From assembly GCF_018350175.1 (NCBI RefSeq), contig NC_058368.1, positions 190,652,001-190,716,000 on the forward strand: 64,000 bases of DNA, in the 5' to 3' direction. Each line of letters starts with the position of its first letter. Within the stretch, counting starts at the first letter, position 1. This document shows, piece by piece, positions 11,610 through 24,665 of this stretch. The DNA is from Felis catus (lineage: Eukaryota). Below the pieces are notes generated by a model, which was not told where the DNA came from, did not search any database, and worked only from the letters and a program-made list of their open reading frames with translations. Both the position numbers and the translations under genes were made by a program.

Positions 11610-12018
11610 TTTTTCCTTAACTGAAGCATAGTTTACACATGTTAACATTTTTCAGGTGTACAACATAGTGATTCAAAGACTATATGTTATGTTATACTCA
11701 CCACAATGCAGCTACCATCTGTCACCATAGAACACTGTTATTCATTCCATAACTATTGGAGTCTGTATCTCCTCTCCATGACCTATTTTGCTACCCCCCA
11801 CTACTCCTTTACTCTCTGGCAGCCATCAGTTTGTTCTCTGTATTTATGGGTCTGATTTTGTTTTTTGTTTGTTTATTCATTTGTTTTTTAGATTCCTCAT
11901 ATAACTGAAATCACATGGTATTTGTCTTTCTCTGACTTATTTCACTTGGCATAATACCCTCTAGGTCCATTCATGTCAGAAATGGCAAGATCTCATCCTT
12001 TTTTGTGGCTGAGTAATA

Positions 12019-12070
<52 letters not shown>

Positions 12071-15000
12071 CATCATCTTTATCCTTTCATCTATGGATGG
12101 ACACTTTGGTTGCTTCTATATCTTGACTATGTAAACAATGCTGCAGTAAACATGGAGGCATATTTTCAAATTAGCATTTTCATTTTCTTTGCATAAATAA
12201 CCAGAGTGGAATTACTGAATTGTATGGTATTTCTATTTTTAATTTTTTGAGGAATCTCCACACTGTTTTCCACAGTGGCTGCACCAATTTACATTCTCAC
12301 CAACAGTGCCTAAGGGTTCCTTTTTCTCCACATCCTTGCCAACATTTGTTATTTCTTGTCTTTTTGATTCTAACCATTCTGATAGGTGTATGGTGGTATC
12401 TCATTGTGGTTTTGATTTGCATTTCCCTGATGATTAGTGATGTTGAGCATTTCTCACATGACTGCTGACCATCTGTATGTCTTCTTTAAAATAATATTTA
12501 TTATTCAGGTCCTCTGTCCATTTTTTAAATTGGGTTATTTGTGGGGCTTTTGGTATTGAATTGTATCAGTTATTTATATATTTTAGATATTAACCCCTTG
12601 TCATAAATATCATTTGAAAATGATCTTATCCCATCCAATAAGTTGCCTTTTAATTTTGTTCATGGTTTCCTTTTCTGGGCAAAACTTTTTAGTTTGACAT
12701 AGTTCCAACAGTTTATTTTTGCTTTTTGCCTGAGGAGACATAGCTAGAAAAAAAAATGTTGCTAAGGCTGATATCAAGGAAATAGTGTCTGTTTTCTTCT
12801 AGGATTTTTATGGTCATGTCTCACACTTAGTTCTTTAATCTATTTTGAGTTTGTTTTTGTGTATGGTGTAAGAAAGTGGTCCAGTTCGTTATTTTGCACA
12901 AAGCTGTACAATTTTTATCAGCACCATTTATTGAAGAAACTGTCTTTTCCCCATAATATATTCTTGCCTCCTTTGTAGTATATTAATTGACCGTGCAAAT
13001 ATGGGTTTATTTCTCGGCTCTATGTTCCATTGATCTCTGTGTCTATTTTCGTGCCAGTGCCACACTGTTTTGCATACTACAGCTTTGTAATATATCTTGA
13101 AGTCTGGGATTGTGATACCTCCATCTCCATTCATTTTTCTCAATATTGATTTGGCTGTTTGGGCTTTTTTGTGCTTCCATACAAAATTTAGGATTATTTC
13201 TTCTAGTCTTGTGAAAAATGCTATTGGTATTTTGATAGGGATTGTATCAAATATGTAGGTTTCTTGGGGCAGTATGGACATTTTAACAATATTAATTCTT
13301 CCAATTCATGAGCATAGTATGTCTTTATATTTGTGTCATGTTCAATTTCTTTCATCAGTGCTTTATAGTTTTTACAGTACAGGTGTTTCACCTTCTTGGT
13401 TAAGTTGATTCCTATATATTTTATTTTTTTTGTACAATTATAAATGGAATTGTTTTCTTAATTTCTCTTATACTTTCAGGGTATAGAAATGCAGTGGATT
13501 TCTGTATATTAATTTTGTATCCTGAAACTTTCCTGAATTCATTTATTGTTTCTAGTAGTTTTTTGGTGGGTCTCATGTTATCTGCAAAGAATGCTTTTTT
13601 TTTGCCAATATGGATGACTTTTATTTCTTCTTCTTATCTGAGTGCTATGGCTAAAACTTCCAGTACTATGTTCAGTAAAAGTGGTGAGAATGGATAGCCA
13701 CATTTTGTTCCTGATCTTATAGAGGAAACATTCTCAGTTTTTCACCATTGAGGATGATATTAGCTGTGGGTTTTTAATATATGGCGTTTATTATAATGAG
13801 ATACATTCCTTCTAAACCCACTTCACTGAGATTCTTATCATGAACATACATTCAATTTTGTCAAACGTTTTTCTCCATCTATTGGGATAAGATGATTTTT
13901 ATTCTTTTTGTTGATGTGGTGTATCACGTTGATTGATTTGAGAATACTGAACCATCCTTGCATCCCCAGAATAAATCTCACTAGATTGTGGAGAATAATC
14001 TTTTTGAGGTACTGTTGAATGTGGTGTGCCAATAATTTGTTCAGGAATTTTGCATCTATGTTCATTAGGGATATTGGCCTGTAGTTTTCTTTTTTGGGAG
14101 TGTCTTTGTCTAGTTTTGGTATCTTCAGCCTTGGGAAATGTATTGGGAAGCTTTCTTTCCTCTTCTATTTTTTGAAATAGTTTGAGGAGAATGGGTATTA
14201 ACTTTTCCTTAAATGTTTCATAGAATTCACCTTGTGAATCCATCTAGCCTGGACTTTTATTTCTTGGGAGTTTTTTTGATTATTGATTCAATTTTGTTTT
14301 GTTCAGATTTTCTATTTCTTTCTGATTCAGCTTTGGAAGATTGTATTTTTCTAGCGATTTATCCATTTTTTCCAGGTTGTTCAATTTGTCGGCATATAAT
14401 TTTTCATAGTAGTTTCATAATCCTGTGTATTTCTGTGGTGTTGGTTGTTTCTGCTCCATTTCTTATTTCATTTGTGCCCTCTCTTTTTTTCTTGATGAGT
14501 TTGTGTAAAGGATTATCAATTTTACCTTTTCAAAGAACCAGCTCTTGGTTTCATAGATCTTATTCTATTGGGATTTTTTAGTCTTTATTTCATTTATTAT
14601 TGCTCTCATTTTTGTTATTTCCTCCCTTCTCTAAACCTTGAGCTTTGTTCTTTTTTTCTAATTCCTTTAAGAGTAGGGTTATATTGTTTATTTAGACTTT
14701 TATTATTTCTTGATAGCCTTTAATCACTGTAAATTCCCCTCTTAGAACTTTTTTCACTGTGTCCTAAAGATTTTGGAGCATTGTGTTTTCATTTTCATTT
14801 GTCTCCCTGTATTTTTTGATTTCCTCTTTGATTTTTTTCATTGGTCACTGGCTGTTTGGTAGCATGTTGTTTAGTCTCCACATATTTGTGTTTTTTTCCC
14901 CAGATTTGTTTTGTTTTGTTTTGTTATTGTGATTGATTTCTAGTTTTATCCTGTTGTGGCCAGGAAAGATGCCTGCTATGATTTCAGTTTTCTTAAATTT

Positions 15001-15515
15001 ATGGAGACTTGTTTTGTGGTCTAACGTGATCTATCCTGGAGAATGTTCCATGTGCACTTGAAAAAAAATGTGTATTGTGTTGTTTTGTATATATCTGTTA
15101 TATATGATGGGATGGGATGTTCTGTATATATCCATTAAGTCTATCTAGTCTATTTGTCATTCAAAGATAGTATTTCCTTCTTGATTTTCTGTCTAGATGA
15201 TTTACCCAGTGACAGTCCCCTACTATTATTATATTATTGTCAATTTCTCCCTTTATGTCTCTGAAAAATTTTTTTATGTATTTAGGTGTTCCTATGTTGG
15301 GTGCCTAGATATATACAACTGTTCTATCCTCTTGTTGAATTGACCCTTTTATAATTATGTAATACCATTCTTTGTCTTTAGTTGGAGTCTTTGTTTTAAA
15401 GTCTATTTTGTCTTATATAAGTAGTGCTACCTTGGCTTTTTTTAACCTCAATTTGCATGCAATATATTTTTTCATCCTTTCACTTATAGTCTGAATGTGC
15501 CTTTAGGTTTGAAGT
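11610..15515 (-). mobile_element. 5'-truncated L1 (L1_Carn/L1MA-like, ~3.9 kb): decayed ORF2 plus 3' UTR
   Basis: ORF fragments [24 protein letters not shown]...GMQGWF (RT domain, 13838-14065) and IPIKIP...[24 protein letters not shown] (12928-13281); many stops and frameshifts; internal (TG)n at ~12023-12069. Confidence 0.93.
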
Positions 15516-15524
15516 GTTCTACAC

Positions 15525-15968
15525 AAGTAGACCATGACAAAAGCAATGAGATGTCACTTACGATATTAGTTTAAAAAAGGCTAAGACTTCCATATTGGGT
15601 TAGTGCTCTCATTCCCTCACTCTGCGGCATGCCATCTGCTATCTTGAGAGCTGTCCTATGGAGATATCTAAGAAACTGAGGAAGCCCATTAGCCTATGAG
15701 GAATCAAGACCCTCAATCCAACAGTCTACAGGAAAATCAATCTTGCCAACAACGACAGGAGTGTTTTTGGAAATAGATCCTCCCCAAGCCAAGCATTTGA
15801 AAAGACACAGCCTTGACCAACAGCTTAACTGCAGCCTCACAACTGATCTTGAGTTAGAGGCATCACTACATTGCAATCAGATTTCTGACCCACAGAAACA
15901 GTGAGATAACGTCTATTGCTTTAAGTTTTTAAGCTTTGGGGTAATGTGCCATATAGCAGAATAATACA
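15525..15968 (+). mobile_element. MaLR LTR (MLT1E/F-like)
   Basis: gatttctgacccacagaaacagtgagataac...ttgctttaag...tttggggtaatgtgccatatagcag-aataataca is a typical MLT1 3' end. Confidence 0.8.
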
Positions 15969-15969
15969 A

Positions 15970-16253
15970 TAAGAAACTGCCAAACCATTTTCCAAGATGC
16001 ACAGTTTTACATCCCTACTACCAATATTGATGTAAGTAAAACTTTTCTGGTGGTTATGAATTGGTACTTTAGTCATCATCTTTCTGATGACTAATTACTT
16101 TAAGCAGCTTTTCATGTGCTTATTGGCTATTCACAGATGTTCTTTTGAGAGGGATGTTTTAAATCTCATGCCCAACTTTTTTTTTTTTTACAGTTGTGTT
16201 ATTTGTATTTTTATTATTGATTTACTATATATTTTGTGTAAAAGTTCTTTTTC

Positions 16254-16300
<47 letters not shown>

Positions 16301-18750
16301 ATATGGTATATATCCAGTATTTTCTCCTACTCCATGATTGGCCTTTTCTGTTTCTTTTTCTTCCTCTCCCTTCCTCCCTCTTTTCCTTTCCAACACTATC
16401 TTGATGAATTTATGTTGAGTACTTTTTGTACCTTTTCTAATAAACCAACACCTACACCAGGGTCACAAAGATAGCCTCTTATATTTTCTTCTAGAAGCTT
16501 TATAGTTTTAGCTCTTATATTACATTTATGATCCATCTTGAATTAGTTTTTAAGAATAGTATTGAGTACTCTCCCAAGAGATTTACCCTCTTGCTGCAGC
16601 ACCATTTATTGAAAAGATACCCCTTTCCCCACTGAATAGCACTGTTTGGTTGAAAATCAATTAACCATTTTGATAGATCTATTTCTAAAGTCTCTATTCT
16701 ATTCTGTTTATCTATATATGTCTAACCTTATGCTAATACAGTCCTGACTGCAAAAACTTCGTAAGTCTCAAAATCAGGTAGTGTCAGTCCTTTAACCTTT
16801 GCAAAAGGAAAACAGATTCTTTTGGCTATTATATAGCCTTTCCTTTTCCATATGAAATGTTAAATCCTGTTGGGATTTTGATTGTAAACCCATAAAACAA
16901 TTTTGGGGAGAGTTGATATCTTAACAATATTGATTCTTTAATGGATTTTCTTTTTAAATCTAGCTGCCCAAATTCACCATTCTTCATTTATGTGCTATTA
17001 TTACATATTTTGGCTTGTATTCTTTAATCCAGAAAGATTACTGTCTATATACTATTTATATATGTCTACGTAGTTTCTACTTTCTTCCGTTATTCTGTCA
17101 TCTTAAAATTCACTTTGTTTTTAACATAAAACAAAATTCTTGGATTTTCTTTCAGTGATGGTCTGCTGGGCCAAATCTTTACTTTTGTTTTTCTGGAATA
17201 AATCTTTAAATTTCATGCCCTACCCTGTGGGAGGAATTTTGGCTGGATGCACAACTATGCTGACAGTTATTTTGTCTGAGAACTGAAGATATCATTCCTT
17301 TGTATTCCCATTCTCACAGTTGTTGTTAAGAGATCAGCTGTCAGTCTAATTTCAGTTCTAGAACTTCTATTTGGTTCTTTCCTCTCCTGTTGCTTTTTAT
17401 ATTTGGTATTTTGGTATGTTATTCTGATGTTTCTCGATGTGGATTTCATTTTATTTACTCTACTTGAATTTTTTTTTTTTGCGTCTCTAAATTTGTAGTT
17501 TTGTATCTTTCATCACGTGTGAGTAATACTCACCTGATATTCTTTGAAAATTGTTTTTGCTCCATTCTTTTGCTCTTTTCATTCTGAAACTTGGACTAGA
17601 CACTCTCACTCCAGCTTTCCTGTTATTGCATCTCCTTGGATAATTCTCAGATATATTTTCATGTTCACTTATTTTTCACCTATCTCTCAATATCCATTGG
17701 AGTTTTACTTTTTGAGGTAATATTTTCATTTCTAAAAATTTTGTTTGGTTCATGTTCTAATTAGTCATTTTTATATGTCTTTATCTTTTACTCTTTCTTT
17801 AAAAAAACTTTTTTTGATGTTTATTTTTTGAGAGAGAAACAGTGCAAGTGGGGGAAAGGGCAGAGAGAGAGGGAGGCACAGAATTTGAAGCAGGCTTCAG
17901 GCTCTGAACTGTCAGTACAGAGCCTGACATGGGCCTCGAACTCATTGACTGGGAGATCATGACCTGAGCTGAAGTTAGATGTGCACCTAACTGAGGCACC
18001 TGTATCTTTTACTCTTTCAATTTATTCTTTTGTTTCTTTACTCAGAGTAAATATACTTGTTTTATATTCTTCCTCTACTAATTCCTATATTGGAAGCTTC
18101 AGTGGGTCTAAATTGGCTGCCTCATTTTCCTGCTTGCTCTCCTGCTCATGGTGCCTCATTTAAGTGTTTAATGTTTCTCATTTGTGAGTTCATATTTTTC
18201 TTTATCTGTAGAAATTGAGACCTGCGTTTAGGGTGCTTTTTCTAGAGAGGATTTGCATGTGTCATCAGTCACTGGTGCCACCATCAGCTTGGGCCAACTG
18301 TAAACTAATTTTTTTTGCTTGAGGGTTTTAGAACCACCTAAGTAATACATATTCAGGCTGTAAGCCACAGTGAGGGTCAGTTTGGAGTTACCAAACTTTG
18401 GAATCATTTTTTCTTTCCCTTCCATTCAGTGCTGAGATTCAAAATAGGTAACTTCCCTTGCAATCCACTGGGTGAGAGTTGGGTACACTGGGGTCCAAGT
18501 TTCATTGTGGGATCTCTAATTAGACTGTTTCAGGTTGGCCCTGAGATCTGTTTTGCTCCTATGACTACTAGGACATTAAAACTGTAGCTGAGTTTCATCT
18601 AGTTCAGCAAAATCTGTAAAGTTATAGCTGGACTTAATACTCAGGTTACTTCTCTAGATTCCCATGCTGTTTTAGTTCTTGGATTCTGAAAAATCCTAAT
18701 TTCCAATTTTAGGTTTTTTCAGTGGGTGTGCTGGTTAGGATACTTAGACT
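15970..18750 (-). mobile_element. Degraded ancient L1 fragments (ORF2 3' part, then ORF1/5' region), interrupted by a SINE
   Basis: gcaccatttattgaaaagata...; ORF 17267-17449 contains the L1 ORF1p-like motif IRLTADL...QRNDIF; (TA)21 at 16257-16298. Confidence 0.7.
17798..18002 (-). mobile_element. Can-SINE with 16-bp TSD
   Basis: TSD tatcttttactctttc at 17782-17797 and 18003-18018. Confidence 0.93.
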
Positions 18751-19200
18751 ACCATTCTACTGCATTAGAGGTCCAAGTTTCTGATTTTTCAAAGAAGATG
18801 GAAATTGAAATTACAGTGAAATCACCTCAATTTTAAAACTTGGTAGCCTATTACTATTCTATACCATGAATGTGCCAACTTTTTAAGAGCCATATCTAAG
18901 GTTAAGGTCTAAGGGTTTGGTCTAAGTGTTGCCAGTTTGCTAGAAAACTCTCTAGAAGTTTATTGATCAATGTTCAATCAGAGAAAGAGAACCTCTGTAA
19001 ATAGAAAATATATAGACACCTTGTAGGAATTTAATGTGTCTTTGTGTCTGATCTTGGGTCTTAAGTCAGCAGGACAGGCAGTCAGGAAGGGGAGATGGAG
19101 GGAGAGGATGAGCTGGAACTTACCAGGAAGAAGCGGTAAGAGATGGCCAACAAGTACCAGTTCAAAGTCTCTGAGTGAAAGAAAAGCTGCTTCCCCGCCC

Positions 19201-19426
19201 TTTTTTTTTTTAACATTTTTAAAATGTTTTTTTAAAATTCATTTTTGAGAGACAGAAAGCGCAAGCGGGGCAGGGGCAGAGACAGAGGGAGACACAGAAT
19301 CAGAAGCAGGCTCCTGGCTCTAAGCTGTCAGCACAGAGCCCGACACGGGGCTTGAACCCACGAACTGTGAGATCATGACCTGAGCCGAAGTAGGACGCTT
19401 AACTGACTGAGCCACCTGGACACCCC
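19201..19426 (-). mobile_element. Felid Can-SINE
   Basis: Poly-T tail then gagggagacacagaatcagaagcaggctcc...gagccacctggacacccc. Confidence 0.93.
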
Positions 19427-19655
19427 TGCTGCTCTTTGTGAAGAAAGCATGGACCTGGCACATGAGCTGGAGGAGTTAAAGACTTGGCTGCTGCCCCACA
19501 CTAAGCAGGTGAGCTGGCAGGTGATTTCCAACAGTGCCTGGTGCCCTGCACTGACCTTCGGGGGTAAAAGGACTATATCTGCTATTTAATGCCATCCTTC
19601 AGTCCTCATGCAGCCATGCTAACTCAGTGAAGGGAATTACAGGAAACAGAGTTCT

Positions 19656-20029
19656 TTTTTTTTTTAATTGTACTATGTTATTTCATTTTATTACTTTTTA
19701 AAATTGAGATATAATTGACATATTAGTCTGAGGTGTACAGAAGAATGATTTGATATTTGTATATCAAAGTCTAGTTAACATGCATCACCTTGGAATCACA
19801 CTGTGATAATGTGCTTCTTTAAAAAATTATTTGGTTAATAATCACTTATAGATCTGTTGCTGTCTAAGAAACCAGTCTCTAAATTAAACCAGTTTGATTT
19901 TCAAGTCAGTATGTGTTTAGATATGCTCAAATTTCTAATATCTGGACCAAGTGGATACTGCATTTGCCAAGAATAAATTGGGAAATGAATTCTGTAAGCA
20001 AATGACCCATTGTTTTCCTGTAGGTCAGT
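19656..20029 (-). other. TSD-flanked polyadenylated retro-insertion of mostly non-repeat sequence
   Basis: Poly-T at 19655-19665; minus-strand AATAAA at 19687-19692; imperfect 13-bp TSD at 19643-19655 and 20030-20042. Confidence 0.7.
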
Positions 20030-20659
20030 GAAACGTAGTTCTAACATAGCCAAATTGGTACAATACAAATCCACCCACATGATCCTGTTTTAAATGGCTA
20101 CTTTGGCTTGAACTTCCAAATACAGAATCAACTTCCAATACAGAAACTGGTTGAAATAAAATAAGTACCTGAAAAAACTAAGAAACTTGGGCTTTTCTAA
20201 TTATATAAGGTCTACTTTTAAGTTGGGTGAGTTTTACTTTGAAATTCAAGCCCCTTATATCTGCAGTAGGGATTTAAATCTTACCAATGAAGCTGCTGAA
20301 TTTTTAGAGTTATATCTGTCTAACTCTAATCCTGAGTTGAAAAATCTAAGCAGAATATTCTAGGGTTCTGCTCTGAAGATTTAAGAAATGGACTGGATAT
20401 TCTCATTTGAAGGCCATTTCTCTTACAAAAGCAGTGATATTCTGTCCTCTAGGGCAAAACTGTTTTGAAGTTTCCTTCTATAAAAGGCATGTCAGGCCAT
20501 CACAAAACATTCTTTTGAATCAACCCTTCTTTTCCAGTGTAGAGATTGCTGATATATTTAATAAACGTTTATAACACTAGGTCTAAGGGGACACAGTGAA
20601 GTGGCCTGTATCCCTGATTGGCAGAGTCTGGGTTAGTCTTGAAGGTCCTTTAAGAATTG

Positions 20660-21845
20660 GCTCATTTATTTGCTTAAGAAACATTTATTGAATTCTTAGT
20701 ATATGCAAGATTCTGGGGTTACAGCTGTAAACAAGGTAATCCTAATCCTTGCCCTAGTGAGTTTATGTGCTAGTGAGGATGAGATACATTAAGCAACTTG
20801 TTTATGGTGGTGAAGAGTCCTTAATGGAGAAGCTATTAGGACTTATAACTGGAGGCTGGGTCATGGGAAAAGCTGGAGCCTAGGAAAGCTTATGCTGACA
20901 TCTGAAGGATGAGAAGGTGTTAGCCTGGTAAAAGATGAATGTTTCAAGCAGAGGGAGCAGCATGCCTGAAGACTTTTAGGAGGAAAATAGTTTCGGTTAA
21001 AAGAAATTGAAGGGGAGCTGATAGAAATGTGGTATCAATAAGAAGAGGTAAGTCAGGCCTGGCCTGGCAGAATATGGTGAGACAATAAAGGATTTAAAAT
21101 GGAGAGGTGGTATAGGGGAGTAAAATGATAATGGACAACATGATCAAATGTCCATGTGGCAGAGACTACTGTGGTAATTAATTTTATGTGTCAGCATGAC
21201 TGGGCTATGGGATGCCTAGACAGTTGGTCAGACATTATTCTGAGTGAGTCTGTAAGGGTGTTCCTGGATGAGATTAACATTTAAATCAGTAGACTACCTT
21301 CCCTAATGTGAGTGGGCCGTATCCAATCAGCTGAAGACCTGAATAGAACACAAAGGCTAAGAAGGAATTTTTCCTGCCCTCAGAATGGAACTTACACAAC
21401 TGGCTCTCTTGAGTCTCTAGCTTGGTGCCTGCAGAGCTTGGGACTGCTCAGCCTCTATGATTGTGTGAACCAATTCCTTATTGGATATATATTTCCTCTT
21501 GATTCTGTTTATTTAGGAAACTCTAATACTGTGTGTGTGTCACACACACACACAATTATTATTTATATATCTGGCTACAGAGTGGATATAGGGGGGCAAG
21601 AGGATTGCAAAGAGAGCAGACAGAAGTCTAAGATTATCCAGGTACGAGAAGACGATGACTTGGATTTGATGGTGGAATGACTCCAGGATGATTCCCAGTA
21701 TTGTGGGTCAGCCACTGATGTAGGGAAGAGTAGAAACAGAGCACTTCTAGATACCATGAATTGAGTCCCAGACATGTCAGATCGGAGGGGTCTGAGGTGT
21801 CAAGTGGAAATGTGAACATGTAGGGCTAGAGATAGAAAAGTAGGG
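20660..21845 (-). mobile_element. L2 relic interrupted by an MLT2 LTR
   Basis: catttatttgcttaagaaacatttattga... L2 3' end in reverse; purine-rich L2 body resumes after ~21570. Confidence 0.65.
21170..21529 (+). mobile_element. ERVL solo LTR (MLT2B/D-like)
   Basis: tgtggtaattaattttatgtgtcagcatgactgggc...gatgagattaacattt...atccaatcagctgaagacctgaatagaaca. Confidence 0.85.
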
Positions 21846-22984
21846 GGTATGTTTCATCATGGTTGGCAGTGTATTTCTGTATTGCTGAGTTAATGGTACT
21901 ATGTATATACAACTCAAAAGAAATATTTGAAAACCTAGTCAGATCCTATGGACGTGTTTTGACTGGTGAGTCTAGGTAGGTACACCCCAAGAACTGTCTC
22001 AGCCAAGTAATGATGGTGGCATCCCATGAGGGTGAACATGTTCTCTGAAATATTCTCTTTCAATAGCCAGATACAAAGCAAAGTCCTGACCAGAGTTCCA
22101 CAGCACCCAGACTCTGCTGCCCTCTGAGGTGGCTTCCCAGCTGTGGTGTGGCCCAGGGAATATGACAAGGAGAAATGTGATTGTGTCTCTTAGATTTATA
22201 AAGCCCTGGAGAAATGTTTTCTTTATTGAACCATCATTTCTTGGCACATTCTGCATTCATTTGTAAGCTATCCTTCTCTGCTCAAATTTCATTCCAAATA
22301 CCTGTAAAACATGGGGCAGCAATAGTGTCCCTTTCTTCCTCGGTTATACTCAGAAGTGTCATGAATCAAAAAACCCCACAAAACTTTAAATGCTATCACA
22401 AGGTCTGTTTTTAAAACTCAGAGAATAATTTATTTGCCGTTGGCATTATCAGTTTGTTCTCTCCGTTTCAACCTCATTTTTTGTTGAAATTGTTTTTGTG
22501 GAAACAGTGATTACTTATCCAGATTTCTCGTTTTCATTTCCTTCATCATAAGAATCTACATTAATCACTTCCAAACCTAGACAAGCTTTTAGATCATATT
22601 TTGCTCTCATCCTCAGAGAATGAAGACAATCGCTTTTGTTACTTTGGGGAGCGACCTTCAAAACATCATAAAAACCAGGTACTATATGTGGTAACTGAAG
22701 TAGAAGAGGGTTAATGCCAACATCTAGGAAATAGCATATTCATGCTAACACCAATACCTAGGATTACTCTGTGTGTTTTAAGTTTGAGGCAAAAAATGAA
22801 ATAGAAAAAAATTATGTTTGAAAGGGACATAACTTAGAAAAAAACTAGTGGGTGGGGTTGAAAAGTTTCTGGTGCTTTGGTTAATTATAATGGCTGCTTT
22901 TGAAGAGTTCTTGAATTGGCTGAAGCCAATGGCTGGGAAATTTCAATTCAGTCAGAATCACAAGGGGAACTTTCAAAGCTTGCT

Positions 22985-23152
22985 GGAGGGGAGGTGGTGC
23001 AGGGATAGAATAAATGAGCGATGGGCATTAAGGAGGGCACTTGTTGGGATGAGCACTGGGTATACTATGTAAGTCATGAATCATTGGGTTCAAATCCTGA
23101 AACCAACACTACACTGTATATTAACTAACTTTGAATGAAAAACAAAAGAAAA
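22985..23152 (+). mobile_element. Carnivore L1 3' end fragment
   Basis: gatgggcattaaggagggcacttgttgggatgagcactgggt...cctgaaaccaacactacactgtat plus A-rich tail. Confidence 0.88.
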
Positions 23153-24439
23153 CTTGGGTCAGATCCCACACAAACTAAATATTTAAATATATTTATTTAT
23201 ATATTTAAAACACTTCTCTATGTGGTGATGGTTTAAAACTACTGGCTTAGATTGACTTAGCAGATCTATGCGTGTGATATAGGTAGAGAAACTTTAATAT
23301 GGAACGCTACCATCCCACTAATGAGAATAGAATAGTTGTGGTATTGCTTCTGGTGGAAAAGGAACCCGAACTATGACGATGGCAGCTAAGTTAATATACT
23401 TGATAAAACTGAGACCTGCAGTACCAACCCTGTGGGTCCAACGTACTACCCTGGCCAACTGTATTTCTGTGTTGCTGATGTAATGATACTGTGTATATAC
23501 AACTTTAGCAAATCAGTGGGATTCTTTACCCAAGGAGTGTGTATATTTCTTGAACAGTTTCTTCATTGATCTTAAGTTCATTAGCTCTCTTTGAATCTTC
23601 AAGAGCTCAAAGTCGAATTCCTATTTCAAGAAAAGTGCTTTAAAAATTGCTCTCATATTTTAGTTGTATGCTTGATAAACACTAATGAACCAATAGCCAA
23701 TTTAAAGAAGCTGACTTGTATCAGTATACTGGACCACTTAAAGTAATGTGGAGTGAAATTTTGATGGCAGATAACTTTAAGAGCATGGTATTAGCTACCA
23801 TCATGTTTAACATGGTGGCTCTTCGGTTTTTAGCTTAAAAATTAATAGTATTCCCTCTGACCTTATTCTCCTACAACCCCTGTGATTCATTCTGTATTTT
23901 TGAGTTAAGTTTTTACATCGTCTGATTCAAAGGAGCCTCAGCGGCCTCAAGTGAAAACCAGGGACAGATTTAGATTCACATACCATTAATGAAGGCATAT
24001 TATATGCCCTGCACATTGAGCGTTTTTCATGTATTTTGTTCCATTTGGTATTCAGTTACAACCTCATTTGTGAGAGAAAGCAATAGAGGGTCAGAGGGGT
24101 TAAATGTCATGGTCCAGACCACGTGCCTTAAGAGGCAAACCCAGGCATCCTGATTTCTAGCCAGTATGTTTTGTAATATTCCATGGTTTTGCTTGCTGAA
24201 AAGTGGCTCCACATATTGGTTGGAAGTCTCATTCTATGGCATGCTAAGTAATCTAAAGTTCCCATAGGTTTATATTCCAAATTTGTAAAGACAAGCACCC
24301 TAGTTATTCTGAGGTTTTCTTTATCCAGGCTAAAGAAGATCTTCAGCAGATGCTCCAGGGAGTATACTTGAGCAACACTCCTGGTCATCCTGCCTGCAGC
24401 AGATGGTAGGGCCACGTGCCCCATTTTCTCATCTTCCTC

Positions 24440-24665
24440 TTCCTATGTCTGGTTTCCCTTAAATGCCACCTCTTTAGAGAGGCCTTCCCTGACCACCCCT
24501 TCTGTCACTGAAGGAATGCCACTGAACACAATTTGTAATAATTTGTCTGTTTACTTGATTTAATCTTTTCCTCTAGCATAAGCTCTGTAAGGGCAGTAAT
24601 TCCCCTAGATTTATGTCTAGCATCAAGGACAGTGACTGTTGCTCAATAACTTTTTGTTGAATGGA
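24440..24665 (+). mobile_element. L2 3' end relic
   Basis: gaggccttccctgaccacc...taagctctgtaagggcag...ctcaataactttttgttgaatg. Confidence 0.7.

Larger units (their letters stand above)
18960..20079 (-). mobile_element. Old ERVL LTR (MLT2E/F-like), split by a SINE and by an orphan retro-insertion
   Basis: Starts ...gttcaatcagagaaagagaacc. The terminal motif agggaatt..ggaaacgtagttc..agccaa.ttg..aca..caaa.ccac.caca is split between ~19631-19655 and 20030-20079. Confidence 0.6.

Noticed and set aside
12220..14581. Reverse-transcriptase-like ORFs as a novel RT system
   Set aside because: They are fragments of an ordinary decayed L1 ORF2 and its antisense, broken by stops and frameshifts.
23296..23308. 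13-nt match to the reverse complement of the U6 snRNA 3' end (aatatggaacgct)
   Set aside because: Similarity does not extend on either side and there is no TSD or tail.
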